Below, in pieces: positions 16,509 through 25,365 of a stretch of 54,154 nt of DNA. Numbering within the stretch: the first letter of the stretch is position 1; each line of letters opens with the position of its first letter. Made by a program: the position numbers and the translations under genes. Where the stretch lies: the IMG/VR virus record IMGVR_UViG_3300042889_000421, positions 1-54,154 of that record; one strand, 5' to 3'. The notes beneath the pieces are model-generated. The model was not told where the DNA came from, searched no databases, and worked only from the letters and a program-made list of their open reading frames with translations. Origin of the DNA: a virus (taxonomy: Duplodnaviria; Caudoviricetes).

Positions 16509-17102
16509 ATGGATGGTTTTACATTATTCAAATATGATCGTGTTGTTAAATTACATTTTACCAACAGGAAATATGATATTTTTGAACAAAAAGCAAAAGC
16601 AAATGGGCTAACCTTTGAAAATTTTCTTGCCAAATCAGATTATGCAGTGTATAATGCAATATCTAGAAAATTTGATTCAACAACCCAAGCTGTACAATTC
16701 TTTGTAGCAAATTATGCTTACAAGAATAACAGTCCTATTCACAATTTAGCATCAAGTGATAGGAACTTTAATATATGGAACAAACGTAAACAAGCAATAA
16801 CACATACGTTTAAAGAAGATCTGGGTGTGATAATGTTACATCTAGAGAAGAAGAAATTAGATGTTTCAAGTCTATTTCAATCTAAGACTAGTTTGCCGGA
16901 GTTGTTTAAGGTATATCTATCTGGGTTGATAAGTATTGAAACTTTGTATTTAATTAATAAGATTGAATCTTATATAGAAGAATGGGATAAACATCATTCT
17001 TTGATCTGGGGTTCTGAGTTCTTATTGATTGAAAGACTGGACAAATTTGTTCAGTATGATGAAGAAACCATTAAGAAGATCTATGAATATTTCACAACTT
17101 AA
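16509..17102 (+). CDS. gp59: Helicase loader, T4 gp59-like
   Basis: KLHFT..KYD, FFVANY, ISIETL motifs; synteny. Confidence 0.88.
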   Translation: MDGFTLFKYDRVVKLHFTNRKYDIFEQKAKANGLTFENFLAKSDYAVYNAISRKFDSTTQAVQFFVANYAYKNNSPIHNLASSDRNFNIWNKRKQAITHTFKEDLGVIMLHLEKKKLDVSSLFQSKTSLPELFKVYLSGLISIETLYLINKIESYIEEWDKHHSLIWGSEFLLIERLDKFVQYDEETIKKIYEYFTT

Positions 17103-17159
17103 TGGATATATTATGATGTTATATTGAGATGTACCTTTATTATGATTATATTATGTGAA

Positions 17160-17192
17160 AAAACTATACTAAAACTATACTAAAACTATACT
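17160..17192 (+). repeat. 3 x AAAACTATACT in the gene 32 leader (probable translational operator)
   Basis: Exact 11-nt tandem repeat next to the AGGA RBS. Confidence 0.8.
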
Positions 17193-17205
17193 AGGAAATA
17201 AAAAA

Positions 17206-18216
17206 ATGGATATGAAAGAATTACGTAAAAGAAGAAACGATACACCATCAACGCTATTAGCAAAATATGAACAAGCTAATCCATCTTCAAATAGAAAAGA
17301 TGATAGGCTTTGGAAAATGACAGAAGATAAAGCTAGAAATGCTTCTGCAATTATCAGATTCCTACCAGCTTTTGATGCTGAAAATGATCTGCCTTGGGTA
17401 AGAATCCTATCTTATGGGTTTAGTGATGAAAATAAGAAAAAATATTATATCAATAATTCATTAAGAACTTTTGGTAATGATGAAATAGATCCAGTTTATG
17501 AGTTGATTGGAAAATTGAAAGATATTGATACGATTGAAGCAAAAGTTCAACGTGAAAATATGAAACAAATTACTAGCTATTTCAGTAATATTCTTGTGGT
17601 AAGTGATCCATTAGCTAGAGAAAACGAAGGTAAAGTGTTTATCTTTAAGTTTGGCACTAAGATTCGTGACATGATTATGGAACAAATTACTCCAGACCCA
17701 TTATACCCCAATAAAGCAGTAGTTGATGTGACTATGCCACTTGATGGTGCAAATTTTAGAATAAGGCGTTATATGGCTGGTAGTGGATATCCATCATATG
17801 ACAAATCTTCTTTTGAATCCGTGTCAGAATTGTGTGATGGTGATGATGTCAAAGCGGATGCTGCATTAAAATCTAGATATGATCTTAATACATTACTAGA
17901 CCGAAAAAACTTTGGTACATATGAAGAGTTATCTATACAGTTAGCTAGATTTTATAATAAAACTTCTGTAGATATGCCAACAGCATCTTCTTTAGCAGAT
18001 AAACTGGCAAGCATCAAAACACCTGAACCAAAATCTTATTCAAAAAGTTCAGACGATGATGATGTTTTACATTACTTTAATGATCTGGTTGAAGAAAAAC
18101 CTGTTCAGAAAACAGTTGAACCAGTAGCAGATGTAGTTGTACCAAAATCTAAGCTTCAAGAACATCATGAAGATGATGAAGATATTATGAATCTGTTTGC
18201 AGATTTAGCAGAATAA
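17206..18216 (+). CDS. gp32: Single-stranded DNA-binding protein, T4 gp32-like
   Basis: DDRLWK, IIRFLPA, NILVVSDP..ENEGKVFIFKFG, GANF, YDKSSF, acidic tail. Confidence 0.95.
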   Translation: MDMKELRKRRNDTPSTLLAKYEQANPSSNRKDDRLWKMTEDKARNASAIIRFLPAFDAENDLPWVRILSYGFSDENKKKYYINNSLRTFGNDEIDPVYELIGKLKDIDTIEAKVQRENMKQITSYFSNILVVSDPLARENEGKVFIFKFGTKIRDMIMEQITPDPLYPNKAVVDVTMPLDGANFRIRRYMAGSGYPSYDKSSFESVSELCDGDDVKADAALKSRYDLNTLLDRKNFGTYEELSIQLARFYNKTSVDMPTASSLADKLASIKTPEPKSYSKSSDDDDVLHYFNDLVEEKPVQKTVEPVADVVVPKSKLQEHHEDDEDIMNLFADLAE

Positions 18217-18224
18217 CTATTAAA

Positions 18225-18290
18225 GAGAGGGGATTCGTTCCCTCTCAAATATATTTCTACATTATTATTAGATAGTGTAGAAATATATTT
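18225..18290. terminator. Tandem hairpins after gene 32
   Basis: GAGAGGGGA-TTCG-TTCCCTCTC, then an 18-bp stem at 18247-18290. Confidence 0.7.
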
Positions 18291-18437
18291 TTCCTAAGAT
18301 ATAGATGTTGTTAATGTTTTAAGTTAGTTCTGCGTATTTACGCCAATAAATGGGCAGGAGATAGATCAATATTGCAAGTATTGAGCTATCAAAAAGTGTC
18401 GGTTACAGCCTTCACTATAAAAACTCTCAAAGTTCTT

Positions 18438-18467
18438 AAGAGCTAATTCGTAATTGGATTAGCTCTT
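18438..18467. terminator. Hairpin terminator at the 3' end of the minus-strand tail operon
   Basis: AAGAGCTAATTC / GGATTAGCTCTT stem 4 nt from the stop codon. Confidence 0.7.
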
Positions 18468-18471
18468 TTGT

Positions 18472-20646
18472 TTAACGAAATTTGTTTCTTTCTAAGAATA
18501 ATCTATTTACTGATGCTTCTAAATTCTTTACTTCATTCTTCATAACAGTGCTAGATGAGCTGTTATTCACATTTGTTGTTGGGGCAGTTATATTGTTAAT
18601 AACTGGTGCAGAATTTCCTGTTGGGGATATTTCAGCAGATTTATTATAAACAGAATCAGCTTCTGATAATGGTGCACTAGCATTGATTTTAGATGGTGTT
18701 ACAGCTTCTGATTTATCCCAACCTTCTTGATTAACAGAAACCCCTTCTTTAGTTACAACTTTTGTTGGTTCTATTCTAGTTGCTTCAGGTGTTACATCTC
18801 CTGATTTATCCCAACCCTCTTGATTAACAGAAACCCCTTCTTTAGTTACAACTTTTGTTGGTTCAGGTGTTACAGCTTCTGCTCTAGTTGGTTCAGGTGT
18901 TACAACTTTTGTTGGTTCAGGTGTTACAGCTTCTGGTTTAGTTGGTGCGTTGAGTAATTGATTTAAATGTTCTAAATCTTTTCCTTCAAACTCGTTACTT
19001 CCTATTAAAGTTTGGATTTTTTCTGGAGATAATTTTTCAATAACATCCCATTTTTCTACAGTAGGTGTGGTACCAAATACTGGATATGATATTGCATCTT
19101 TATCACGTAATTCGTTTATTAATTCTAATCCACCTTCTCCAAATGAATCACTAAACCCTTGAGCAGCACCCATTACAGCCCCAGCTCCTGCACCAATTGC
19201 ATAACCAACTGGACCTAATGCAGATCCTATCATAGCTCCTGTTCCAGCACCTTGAGCAGCAGATCCAACAGTAGATACTACATCTCCAACATCACGATTA
19301 CCACCATCTGTTATTGCTTGTCCACCAGCTTCTATTGCCATACCTGCTACAGTTGCAATTCCACCTTTAAGAAAACTACCAGCTTTTCCTGCAAATTTAC
19401 CAAATTTACTTTTTCCTTTAGGTGTTCCTTTACCTTTACCCTTTCCTTTAGGTGCTCCTGTTGCTGCATCCGCAATTGTTTCTAATGGACCACCAACCCC
19501 ATCTCCTGTAGAGGTTGGGGTAGGTGGGGTAGGTGCTTTACTGATTATATCTACCTTTTCTAATATACTCTTTTGAACGTCTAATTGTTCAGCTAATATA
19601 TTAGTTTGTTTAATATCGTTATCTATTTGTGTATCTTGATATGTTTTTGTAGCTCTTGCTGTTTCAATATCAGATTCTTTAGTAGATAAATTAGCAGTTA
19701 CCATTTGTGGAATAGATTTAGCTTTTTGTGCAACAGCTTTACCTAAATCTTTTACATTTTCTTTAATAAAATTTACAATACCAGCTTTAACTTTAGTGAT
19801 TGGATTATCTTCAGTAGTTACAGAATCTGCCTTCACTGGTATTGCAATATCTGGTTTAAATTCCTCTGCTAATTTTTCTCTTGCTATTGCTTCTCTTTTA
19901 GCAACTTTTTCATTAAGAGTATATCTTGAATCTGTTTCTTTAAGACCTGCCCCAACATCTTGCTTCTCTTTGATGTATTGTTTAGATTCTTCAGTATCAC
20001 CTTTGATAAATTCTGGTTCAGTTAAATAACCCTTTGTCTTTTGCATGAAACTTTCATTAGCAACATTTCTCTGAAGCAATTGACTTCTTTTTTCATAAGT
20101 CTCTTTTAATTTTTCATCAGAAGCTTTGTTACCTAATGCCTTTTCGGATTTGATATATTGCATACGATCTTTATATCTTGGGGATACCGAAGATGCAATT
20201 GCTTGACCAGTAGATTTTAAAACTGTTCCGCCAGTCAATGCTTTTTTAATGCCGGAGAATGTATTCTTTAAATCTCTTAGATTGTCTGACCAAGACTTAT
20301 TGATAGGCTGATCTTTAGCTCTATTAGCAATATTTCTATATTCATTATTCTGTGCTAATGTTTCTTGTATTTTTTTTAATGCTTCAAGGTGACTATTGGA
20401 AGTTTCCTCAGATAATTTCTTTACATCTAAATCTCTAGATACATCAACTATATCGTTTTTAGTGATATTAGATTCTATATTCTTAATAGTCTCATGTATA
20501 TCATCTAATTTTTTAGCAATATGATCTTCATCAGATAACATCTTATGTGTTTCTATTGTATTAGCAATGTCAATATTTCTAGTGATAGTTAATAATCTAA
20601 CTACTTGTGCTAATTGATCTGATTGTCTTTTAAGTAAATCTTCCAT
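18472..20646 (-). CDS. Probable tape measure / baseplate hub protein (gp29-like)
   Basis: Helical N-half, Gly/Ala-rich hydrophobic segment, C-terminal APVINNITAPTTNVNN; follows gp26/gp51-like genes. Confidence 0.65.
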   Translation of the reverse strand: MEDLLKRQSDQLAQVVRLLTITRNIDIANTIETHKMLSDEDHIAKKLDDIHETIKNIESNITKNDIVDVSRDLDVKKLSEETSNSHLEALKKIQETLAQNNEYRNIANRAKDQPINKSWSDNLRDLKNTFSGIKKALTGGTVLKSTGQAIASSVSPRYKDRMQYIKSEKALGNKASDEKLKETYEKRSQLLQRNVANESFMQKTKGYLTEPEFIKGDTEESKQYIKEKQDVGAGLKETDSRYTLNEKVAKREAIAREKLAEEFKPDIAIPVKADSVTTEDNPITKVKAGIVNFIKENVKDLGKAVAQKAKSIPQMVTANLSTKESDIETARATKTYQDTQIDNDIKQTNILAEQLDVQKSILEKVDIISKAPTPPTPTSTGDGVGGPLETIADAATGAPKGKGKGKGTPKGKSKFGKFAGKAGSFLKGGIATVAGMAIEAGGQAITDGGNRDVGDVVSTVGSAAQGAGTGAMIGSALGPVGYAIGAGAGAVMGAAQGFSDSFGEGGLELINELRDKDAISYPVFGTTPTVEKWDVIEKLSPEKIQTLIGSNEFEGKDLEHLNQLLNAPTKPEAVTPEPTKVVTPEPTRAEAVTPEPTKVVTKEGVSVNQEGWDKSGDVTPEATRIEPTKVVTKEGVSVNQEGWDKSEAVTPSKINASAPLSEADSVYNKSAEISPTGNSAPVINNITAPTTNVNNSSSSTVMKNEVKNLEASVNRLFLERNKFR
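18690..18940 (-). repeat. Coding repeats in the tape-measure gene
   Basis: 64-bp duplication (18708-18771 vs 18801-18864, 1 mismatch) plus VTPEPT units. Confidence 0.85.
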
Positions 20647-20648
20647 GT

Positions 20649-20786
20649 TTATCCTTGTTGCTGCCTTTGTTTCTGTTCTTCTAGATAATTAACTAACATA
20701 GATATATAAACCTCTCTTTCAAAAGGTATCATATTTTCTATGTCAGCTAATGAATATTTGTGGTATTGCATTAAAGCAAAATTCAT
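20649..20786 (-). CDS. Small baseplate hub assembly ORF (gp51-like), probably the -1 frameshift extension of the upstream gene (not in the ORF track)
   Basis: MNFALMQYHKYSLADIENMIPFEREVYISMLVNYLEEQKQRQQQG; frame open back to 20834. Confidence 0.8.
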   Translation of the reverse strand: MNFALMQYHKYSLADIENMIPFEREVYISMLVNYLEEQKQRQQQG

Positions 20787-20824
20787 TTTATAATAATTAA
20801 CTAAAGAATCAGAACAAAGGCTTA

Positions 20825-21538
20825 TTAGAAAAAAGATTCTATTCCTTCAATATATTTATTGTGAACCTTTGAACACACTGGACATGTATATTGAATGTCG
20901 TGTCTCAATTTTGGCATAGTTTCAAAGAACTCTTTTATTTTTTGAAATTGTTGTTGTGTTAAGTTATTGATGAACTCTTCAAGATCTTCTTTTGTTTGTT
21001 CTTTGGTGTGGAATATTTCAGAACCATCGTAGATATAACTAATAGATGCTATAATCAACCCAAAGATTTCTTCAATATTATCTAAATCTTGTTTCTCAAA
21101 CTTATTAACATCAGAAATGTTTGGGTATTTCATCACAATCCCAACATCATCAAATAGACCAATCTTCTTGTTATGTTCTGGGTTTACCACAACTTTGATT
21201 TTAGTTAAGTCTACAAATACTTTTGCTTTTGCTTTAGGATCTTCACAGGTATCGCATGAAAAATAAAGTTCAGCAATTTCCCCAATAGATTTTGATCTAA
21301 TCTGTAGCAGAAGATATTCAAGATCAAATACTGCCAAGGCATTGACATCTATTTTTCCAACAACACAATCTTGTATTATTGTTTTGAGAGTATCTACCAT
21401 TACTGTACTATCTTCACTTTGTTGAGCGATTAGTAAAGCTTTTTCTTCTTTAACTAAGAATGGTCTAAATTTGATTTCTTCATCGGTTGATGGTATATTT
21501 GTGGTATAGATTGCAGTTGATGCTTTTGGTAATGCCAT
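20825..21538 (-). CDS. gp26: Baseplate hub assembly protein, gp26-like
   Basis: MALPK, FRPFLVKEEK, FDLEYLLLQIRSKSIGE, two CxxC, FFETMPKL, ends GIESFF. Confidence 0.85.
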   Translation of the reverse strand: MALPKASTAIYTTNIPSTDEEIKFRPFLVKEEKALLIAQQSEDSTVMVDTLKTIIQDCVVGKIDVNALAVFDLEYLLLQIRSKSIGEIAELYFSCDTCEDPKAKAKVFVDLTKIKVVVNPEHNKKIGLFDDVGIVMKYPNISDVNKFEKQDLDNIEEIFGLIIASISYIYDGSEIFHTKEQTKEDLEEFINNLTQQQFQKIKEFFETMPKLRHDIQYTCPVCSKVHNKYIEGIESFF

Positions 21539-21951
21539 TATGATTCACCTTTTGTCATTTTCTCTATCATTTTATTTAAGTCAGTTGATGTACCAACAAA
21601 TATTGCATTATTGGTAATTGAACCAGTATTCTTCTCTGGTTCTTTTGTAGTCATTTTTTGTTTCTTTAGATGAATATCTAGGAGCTGATGATTGATGTCA
21701 GCTAATTGTTTCATGAGATTACCAACTACTTCAAACGCTCTTGGGTTTTCTGAATCTTTTGCTATTTCTATAGCATAGTTCAAAGCATCTTGACCATTTT
21801 GTAATAGTGTGTGTAAATTATTTCTAGATTTTTCACAATCATATTCAATTGCTTTATCAGAAGGAGCTAGAACTTCTCCAGATTTAGTTATTAAAGTACC
21901 TTCAATTGGTTCTAAATTGAATAATGTATTTAGGTTATTATCAATGTTCAT
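21538..21951 (-). CDS. gp16: Terminase small subunit, T4 gp16-like
   Basis: SRNNL..L...GQDAL..A.EIA.DSENPRAFEV; NNAIFVGTSTDL. Confidence 0.88.
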   Translation of the reverse strand: MNIDNNLNTLFNLEPIEGTLITKSGEVLAPSDKAIEYDCEKSRNNLHTLLQNGQDALNYAIEIAKDSENPRAFEVVGNLMKQLADINHQLLDIHLKKQKMTTKEPEKNTGSITNNAIFVGTSTDLNKMIEKMTKGES

Positions 21952-21954
21952 TAT

Positions 21955-22605
21955 TTAAAATTTTGGGATAGGGATATTAGAGTTATGTTGAATATTATTG
22001 GTAGATAAGAAATGTTTTAAAGATTCTTCATCATCAAATTTATCTTCTACGAGATAATATTTGTATTGAAAAGTGATTTGCATTTTCATTATATCTCTTG
22101 AAGCATAACTCATATCAATTTGTTGAATAGCTTTAGGGTAACACTCAAATAATACTACTTGATATGTGATATTAAAATTCTTATCATGAACATATAATTC
22201 AACATTAGCAATATAATCTTCATAATAATATGCAGATCTAGTTTTAGGATTAATAATTATATCCATCCACGAGTCAAAAAATCTTTTGGCGTTCATTTCA
22301 TGATCTACATAGAATGTCATAGTCATGTCTGAAAAAAGTCTTTGTGTGGGCATTTGTCTTGCTTCACCATATACTGCAACATCATTTGTTATTAAACTAA
22401 GTCCTGGGATACTCACAGAGTCACATAACAAAGTTAATTTTTGTATATTTTTTTTAGATGTTGTTGCAGTATGAATATTTTGTAAATTATTTGGTAGATA
22501 AAATACAGCACTATATTGATTACTATGTGCTAATGAATCATTCTTTACTAAAGATATGAACTTATCTAAACCATAACTTACAGCATCTGGATCTTTATAT
22601 GACAT
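21955..22605 (-). CDS. gp54: Baseplate tail-tube initiator, gp54-like
   Basis: LCDSVSIPG, MTFYVD, FFDSWMD, LFECYPKAI tube-fold motifs. Confidence 0.75.
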   Translation of the reverse strand: MSYKDPDAVSYGLDKFISLVKNDSLAHSNQYSAVFYLPNNLQNIHTATTSKKNIQKLTLLCDSVSIPGLSLITNDVAVYGEARQMPTQRLFSDMTMTFYVDHEMNAKRFFDSWMDIIINPKTRSAYYYEDYIANVELYVHDKNFNITYQVVLFECYPKAIQQIDMSYASRDIMKMQITFQYKYYLVEDKFDDEESLKHFLSTNNIQHNSNIPIPKF

Positions 22606-22614
22606 GTTTATTAC

Positions 22615-23202
22615 CTATTGTTTCCATACATAAGAAGGTGATGCACCAATAAATTTATGTGTTGGTAACATCATAGCAGTAGCCCAGTCAGAAGAATGTA
22701 TAATTCTTAATCCAGTTCTCAGTTGACTATAAAGATATCTATGTACACATGCTTGTAATGGTTGATATTTAGCTACTGATGAAATTAATTCCCAAGATAA
22801 CTGTAATTTATAGTGCTTTGAAGTTGATCTTAATTTTATTCCAACTAAATCATTTAAAATTTTAATCCTATAAGCATAAGGAAGATAATGCATATTGATT
22901 CCAAGGAACCCATCTTTGACTAACTTAAAGGGGAAGGTTAAAGGATATTTATCCCAATAAGGTAAAGTTGCTTTATGTTTTGCATCATATGCATACATGT
23001 ATAACTTTCCTGGGATTGGAACCTGTGCCCAATCTCCAGATATACCAGATAATAATCTTTTAGAAGTATAACCTTGTTTACCCATCAATTTTGCTTGTTG
23101 AGCATACCATCTCATAGAATTCTGGGCGGCATCCTTTAGGTTGTATTTGTTTTTATCAAATACATCTTGTAAGTTTTCTTTAGTTCTAGATTCTATTGCC
23201 AT
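22615..23202 (-). CDS. gp2: DNA end protector, T4 gp2-like
   Basis: YDAKHKATLPYWDKYPL, GFLGINMHYLP, W.TA.MLPT. Confidence 0.92.
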   Translation of the reverse strand: MAIESRTKENLQDVFDKNKYNLKDAAQNSMRWYAQQAKLMGKQGYTSKRLLSGISGDWAQVPIPGKLYMYAYDAKHKATLPYWDKYPLTFPFKLVKDGFLGINMHYLPYAYRIKILNDLVGIKLRSTSKHYKLQLSWELISSVAKYQPLQACVHRYLYSQLRTGLRIIHSSDWATAMMLPTHKFIGASPSYVWKQ

Positions 23203-23215
23203 GTACCTATTTATC

Positions 23216-23653
23216 CTAGAATAATTGTTTTTCTGTTAATATTATAAATTCCCAACCACGATCTTTTGCCCATATTTCAGCTGCTTCCCATTTTGATTGG
23301 TTGACCATAAAGGTAGCACATTCTTTTAAATACCCTTTAGATTGTCTTTTGGGTTTCTGAGGTGGTAGGGTTTGAACAAAGGGTTTAATTTCTACTAAAT
23401 ATGTTTTAAGAATTCCATCAGCAGTTTTAACTTTAATCTTAGCGTCTAGATAATATCTATGAACTTTCTGATCAACAGGAGACCTATATGGAACAATAGT
23501 CTCTTCAGAAGAGTATGAAATAACGCTGGAATTAGAATCACACCAATTCAAAAACTTAACTTCCCATGAACTTCTAGTAATTATATTACTTACATCTCCA
23601 AGATATTTTTCTGGATGAAGAGGGTGCCATTTTTTTGGTTTTGGATATTTCAT
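23216..23653 (-). CDS. gp4: Head completion protein, T4 gp4-like
   Basis: PEKYLGD..I..RSSWE, SSEE..VPY.SPVD, VEIKP..QT, NQSKWEAA, ILTEK. Confidence 0.93.
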   Translation of the reverse strand: MKYPKPKKWHPLHPEKYLGDVSNIITRSSWEVKFLNWCDSNSSVISYSSEETIVPYRSPVDQKVHRYYLDAKIKVKTADGILKTYLVEIKPFVQTLPPQKPKRQSKGYLKECATFMVNQSKWEAAEIWAKDRGWEFIILTEKQLF

Positions 23654-23654
23654 A

Positions 23655-23668
23655 TATTTATATAAATA
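23655..23668. promoter_or_regulatory. Back-to-back T4 late promoters in the gp4/gp48 divergence
   Basis: Palindromic TATTTATATAAATA; TATAAATA on plus at 23661-23668. Confidence 0.75.
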
Positions 23669-23698
23669 GTGTAATACTATATTTAGAAGAGAATAAAA

Positions 23699-24865
23699 AT
23701 GGCAGAACCCTTTTACAACACAGGTGCGTTAAATCCTAATGATCTTCAGATAGATGGGTTACCCTATAAAAGGTTGCTTCCTGAAGAACAATCAAAGTTA
23801 TTACTTGAAGAAGCACGAATTGATGCTATTCGTGGAGTAACACCTAATGTCTCTGAATATTCTGTTGCATCGTATACTTATCCAGAAAATCTTTTAGGAT
23901 CTGAAGAATATGGCGGAAATTATGCTATGTTCTTTATTAATGTTCAATCAGAATCTAAACTTAAGAATGGTGGTGGTGGGTATGGGTTAAATGATTTAGT
24001 AGATAAGGCTACAACTGGATTAAATAATGTTGGGGGTGCTTATTCAAAAGGGGGTCTTGTTGCTTATACAGAACTAAATCTTGCTAAGGATTTAATAGTT
24101 GCAGGTGGTGCAGCAGCGGCAGCAGGAGCTAGTGCATTCGGATCATCAAAACTAGCAGGAATAGTTGCTGCTGGTGCAATTCTCGGACCGTCACTAATAA
24201 AAGATGCTGCAATGGGTGTTATAGCATATGCTGGAGAATTTTCTAAACCAACTAAAAGATTAAAGACCGCAATTGCTCTTCATATGCCAATTGCTTTATC
24301 TGTTAGATATTCCATGAATTATGAAGAATCGGAAACTCCAATTGGATTGAAAACAACAAATGCATTAGGCGCAGATACAAATGGCACCTTAAAAAGTGCA
24401 GCAGTTGCAGGTGGATTACAACAACTAGGGGATGTTGGGAATATACTTTCTAAAATAACCAAACTGGCGGTTAATCCTACTAAAGAACAAATCTTTAAGG
24501 ATGTTGATTTTAGAACCTTCACTTTTACATATTTATTTGCCCCTAAGAGTGCTATTGAAGCTGGTAATATATTAGCATTGATACAACAATTTAAATTTCA
24601 TATGCATCCAGAATTTAAAGATCAAGATAAGTTTCTTTATATATACCCATCAGAATTTGATATTGTTTATTATACTGGTGGTAGAGAGAATGATAAAATC
24701 CATAGACACACTTCTTGTGTTTTGATAGATCTGACTTTAGATTATGCTCCTCAAGGAACTTATTCAACATTTGCTAATGGTATGCCAACACAAATTTCAA
24801 TGAATATGGTATTCAAAGAACTTGCTAAACTAGATAAAGAGAAAATAAGCATAGGTAAATTCTAA
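23699..24865 (+). CDS. gp48: Baseplate tail-tube cap, gp48-like
   Basis: IALHMP, NP.KEQIFKDVDFRTFTF...FAPKS, YPSEFDI, NGMPTQI. Confidence 0.85.
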   Translation: MAEPFYNTGALNPNDLQIDGLPYKRLLPEEQSKLLLEEARIDAIRGVTPNVSEYSVASYTYPENLLGSEEYGGNYAMFFINVQSESKLKNGGGGYGLNDLVDKATTGLNNVGGAYSKGGLVAYTELNLAKDLIVAGGAAAAAGASAFGSSKLAGIVAAGAILGPSLIKDAAMGVIAYAGEFSKPTKRLKTAIALHMPIALSVRYSMNYEESETPIGLKTTNALGADTNGTLKSAAVAGGLQQLGDVGNILSKITKLAVNPTKEQIFKDVDFRTFTFTYLFAPKSAIEAGNILALIQQFKFHMHPEFKDQDKFLYIYPSEFDIVYYTGGRENDKIHRHTSCVLIDLTLDYAPQGTYSTFANGMPTQISMNMVFKELAKLDKEKISIGKF

Positions 24866-25365
24866 TGTATTTTGATAACTTCCCAAAAATCCCATACAGT
24901 TTTACCATCAACAATAAAGAAGAATTTAAAGTATTGACAGATATAACTAAGAATGTAAGATTGAGAAAAGAAATTCTTTCTAACATTACTTTATTTGATA
25001 TGTATATCATTTCTGATGGAGAAACTCCAGAATTTATAGCAGAAAAGATTTATGGTAATCCTGATTATTTCTGGGCAATTATGTTGGCTAATGATAGATA
25101 TGATTATCTAACAGATTTTCCTATGCGTCAAACCGCTATGGAAAAGATTATATCAGACAAATATGGTGTAGATAATATAAATGATATTCATCATTATGAA
25201 GCAGTTATAAATGGTAGTACATATATTGTTGATAGTACAATAGCGGGATCTAATCCTATTACAAACAGTGGTCATGAGTATGCTGTTAATGAGAGTAAAA
25301 GATTAATAAAGATCATCTCTCCTGCCATTATAGAAAAAGTTGCAGCTGAATTTGGGGTTATGTAA
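24865..25365 (+). CDS. gp53: Baseplate wedge protein, gp53-like
   Basis: MYFDNFPKI, DGETPE.IAEKIYG...YFWAIMLAN, IHHYE, NESKR.IK. Confidence 0.9.
   Translation: MYFDNFPKIPYSFTINNKEEFKVLTDITKNVRLRKEILSNITLFDMYIISDGETPEFIAEKIYGNPDYFWAIMLANDRYDYLTDFPMRQTAMEKIISDKYGVDNINDIHHYEAVINGSTYIVDSTIAGSNPITNSGHEYAVNESKRLIKIISPAIIEKVAAEFGVM

Noticed and set aside
18320-18416. Twister ribozyme (CGGTTACAGCC and CTGC/GCAG resemble fragments)
   Set aside because: Elements are not in the required order and the conserved loop is incomplete; kept only as a generic structured-RNA candidate
23216-23653. TnsA-like transposase
   Set aside because: The nuclease-like motifs are those of T4 gp4, in its normal position beside gp2; no transposon ends
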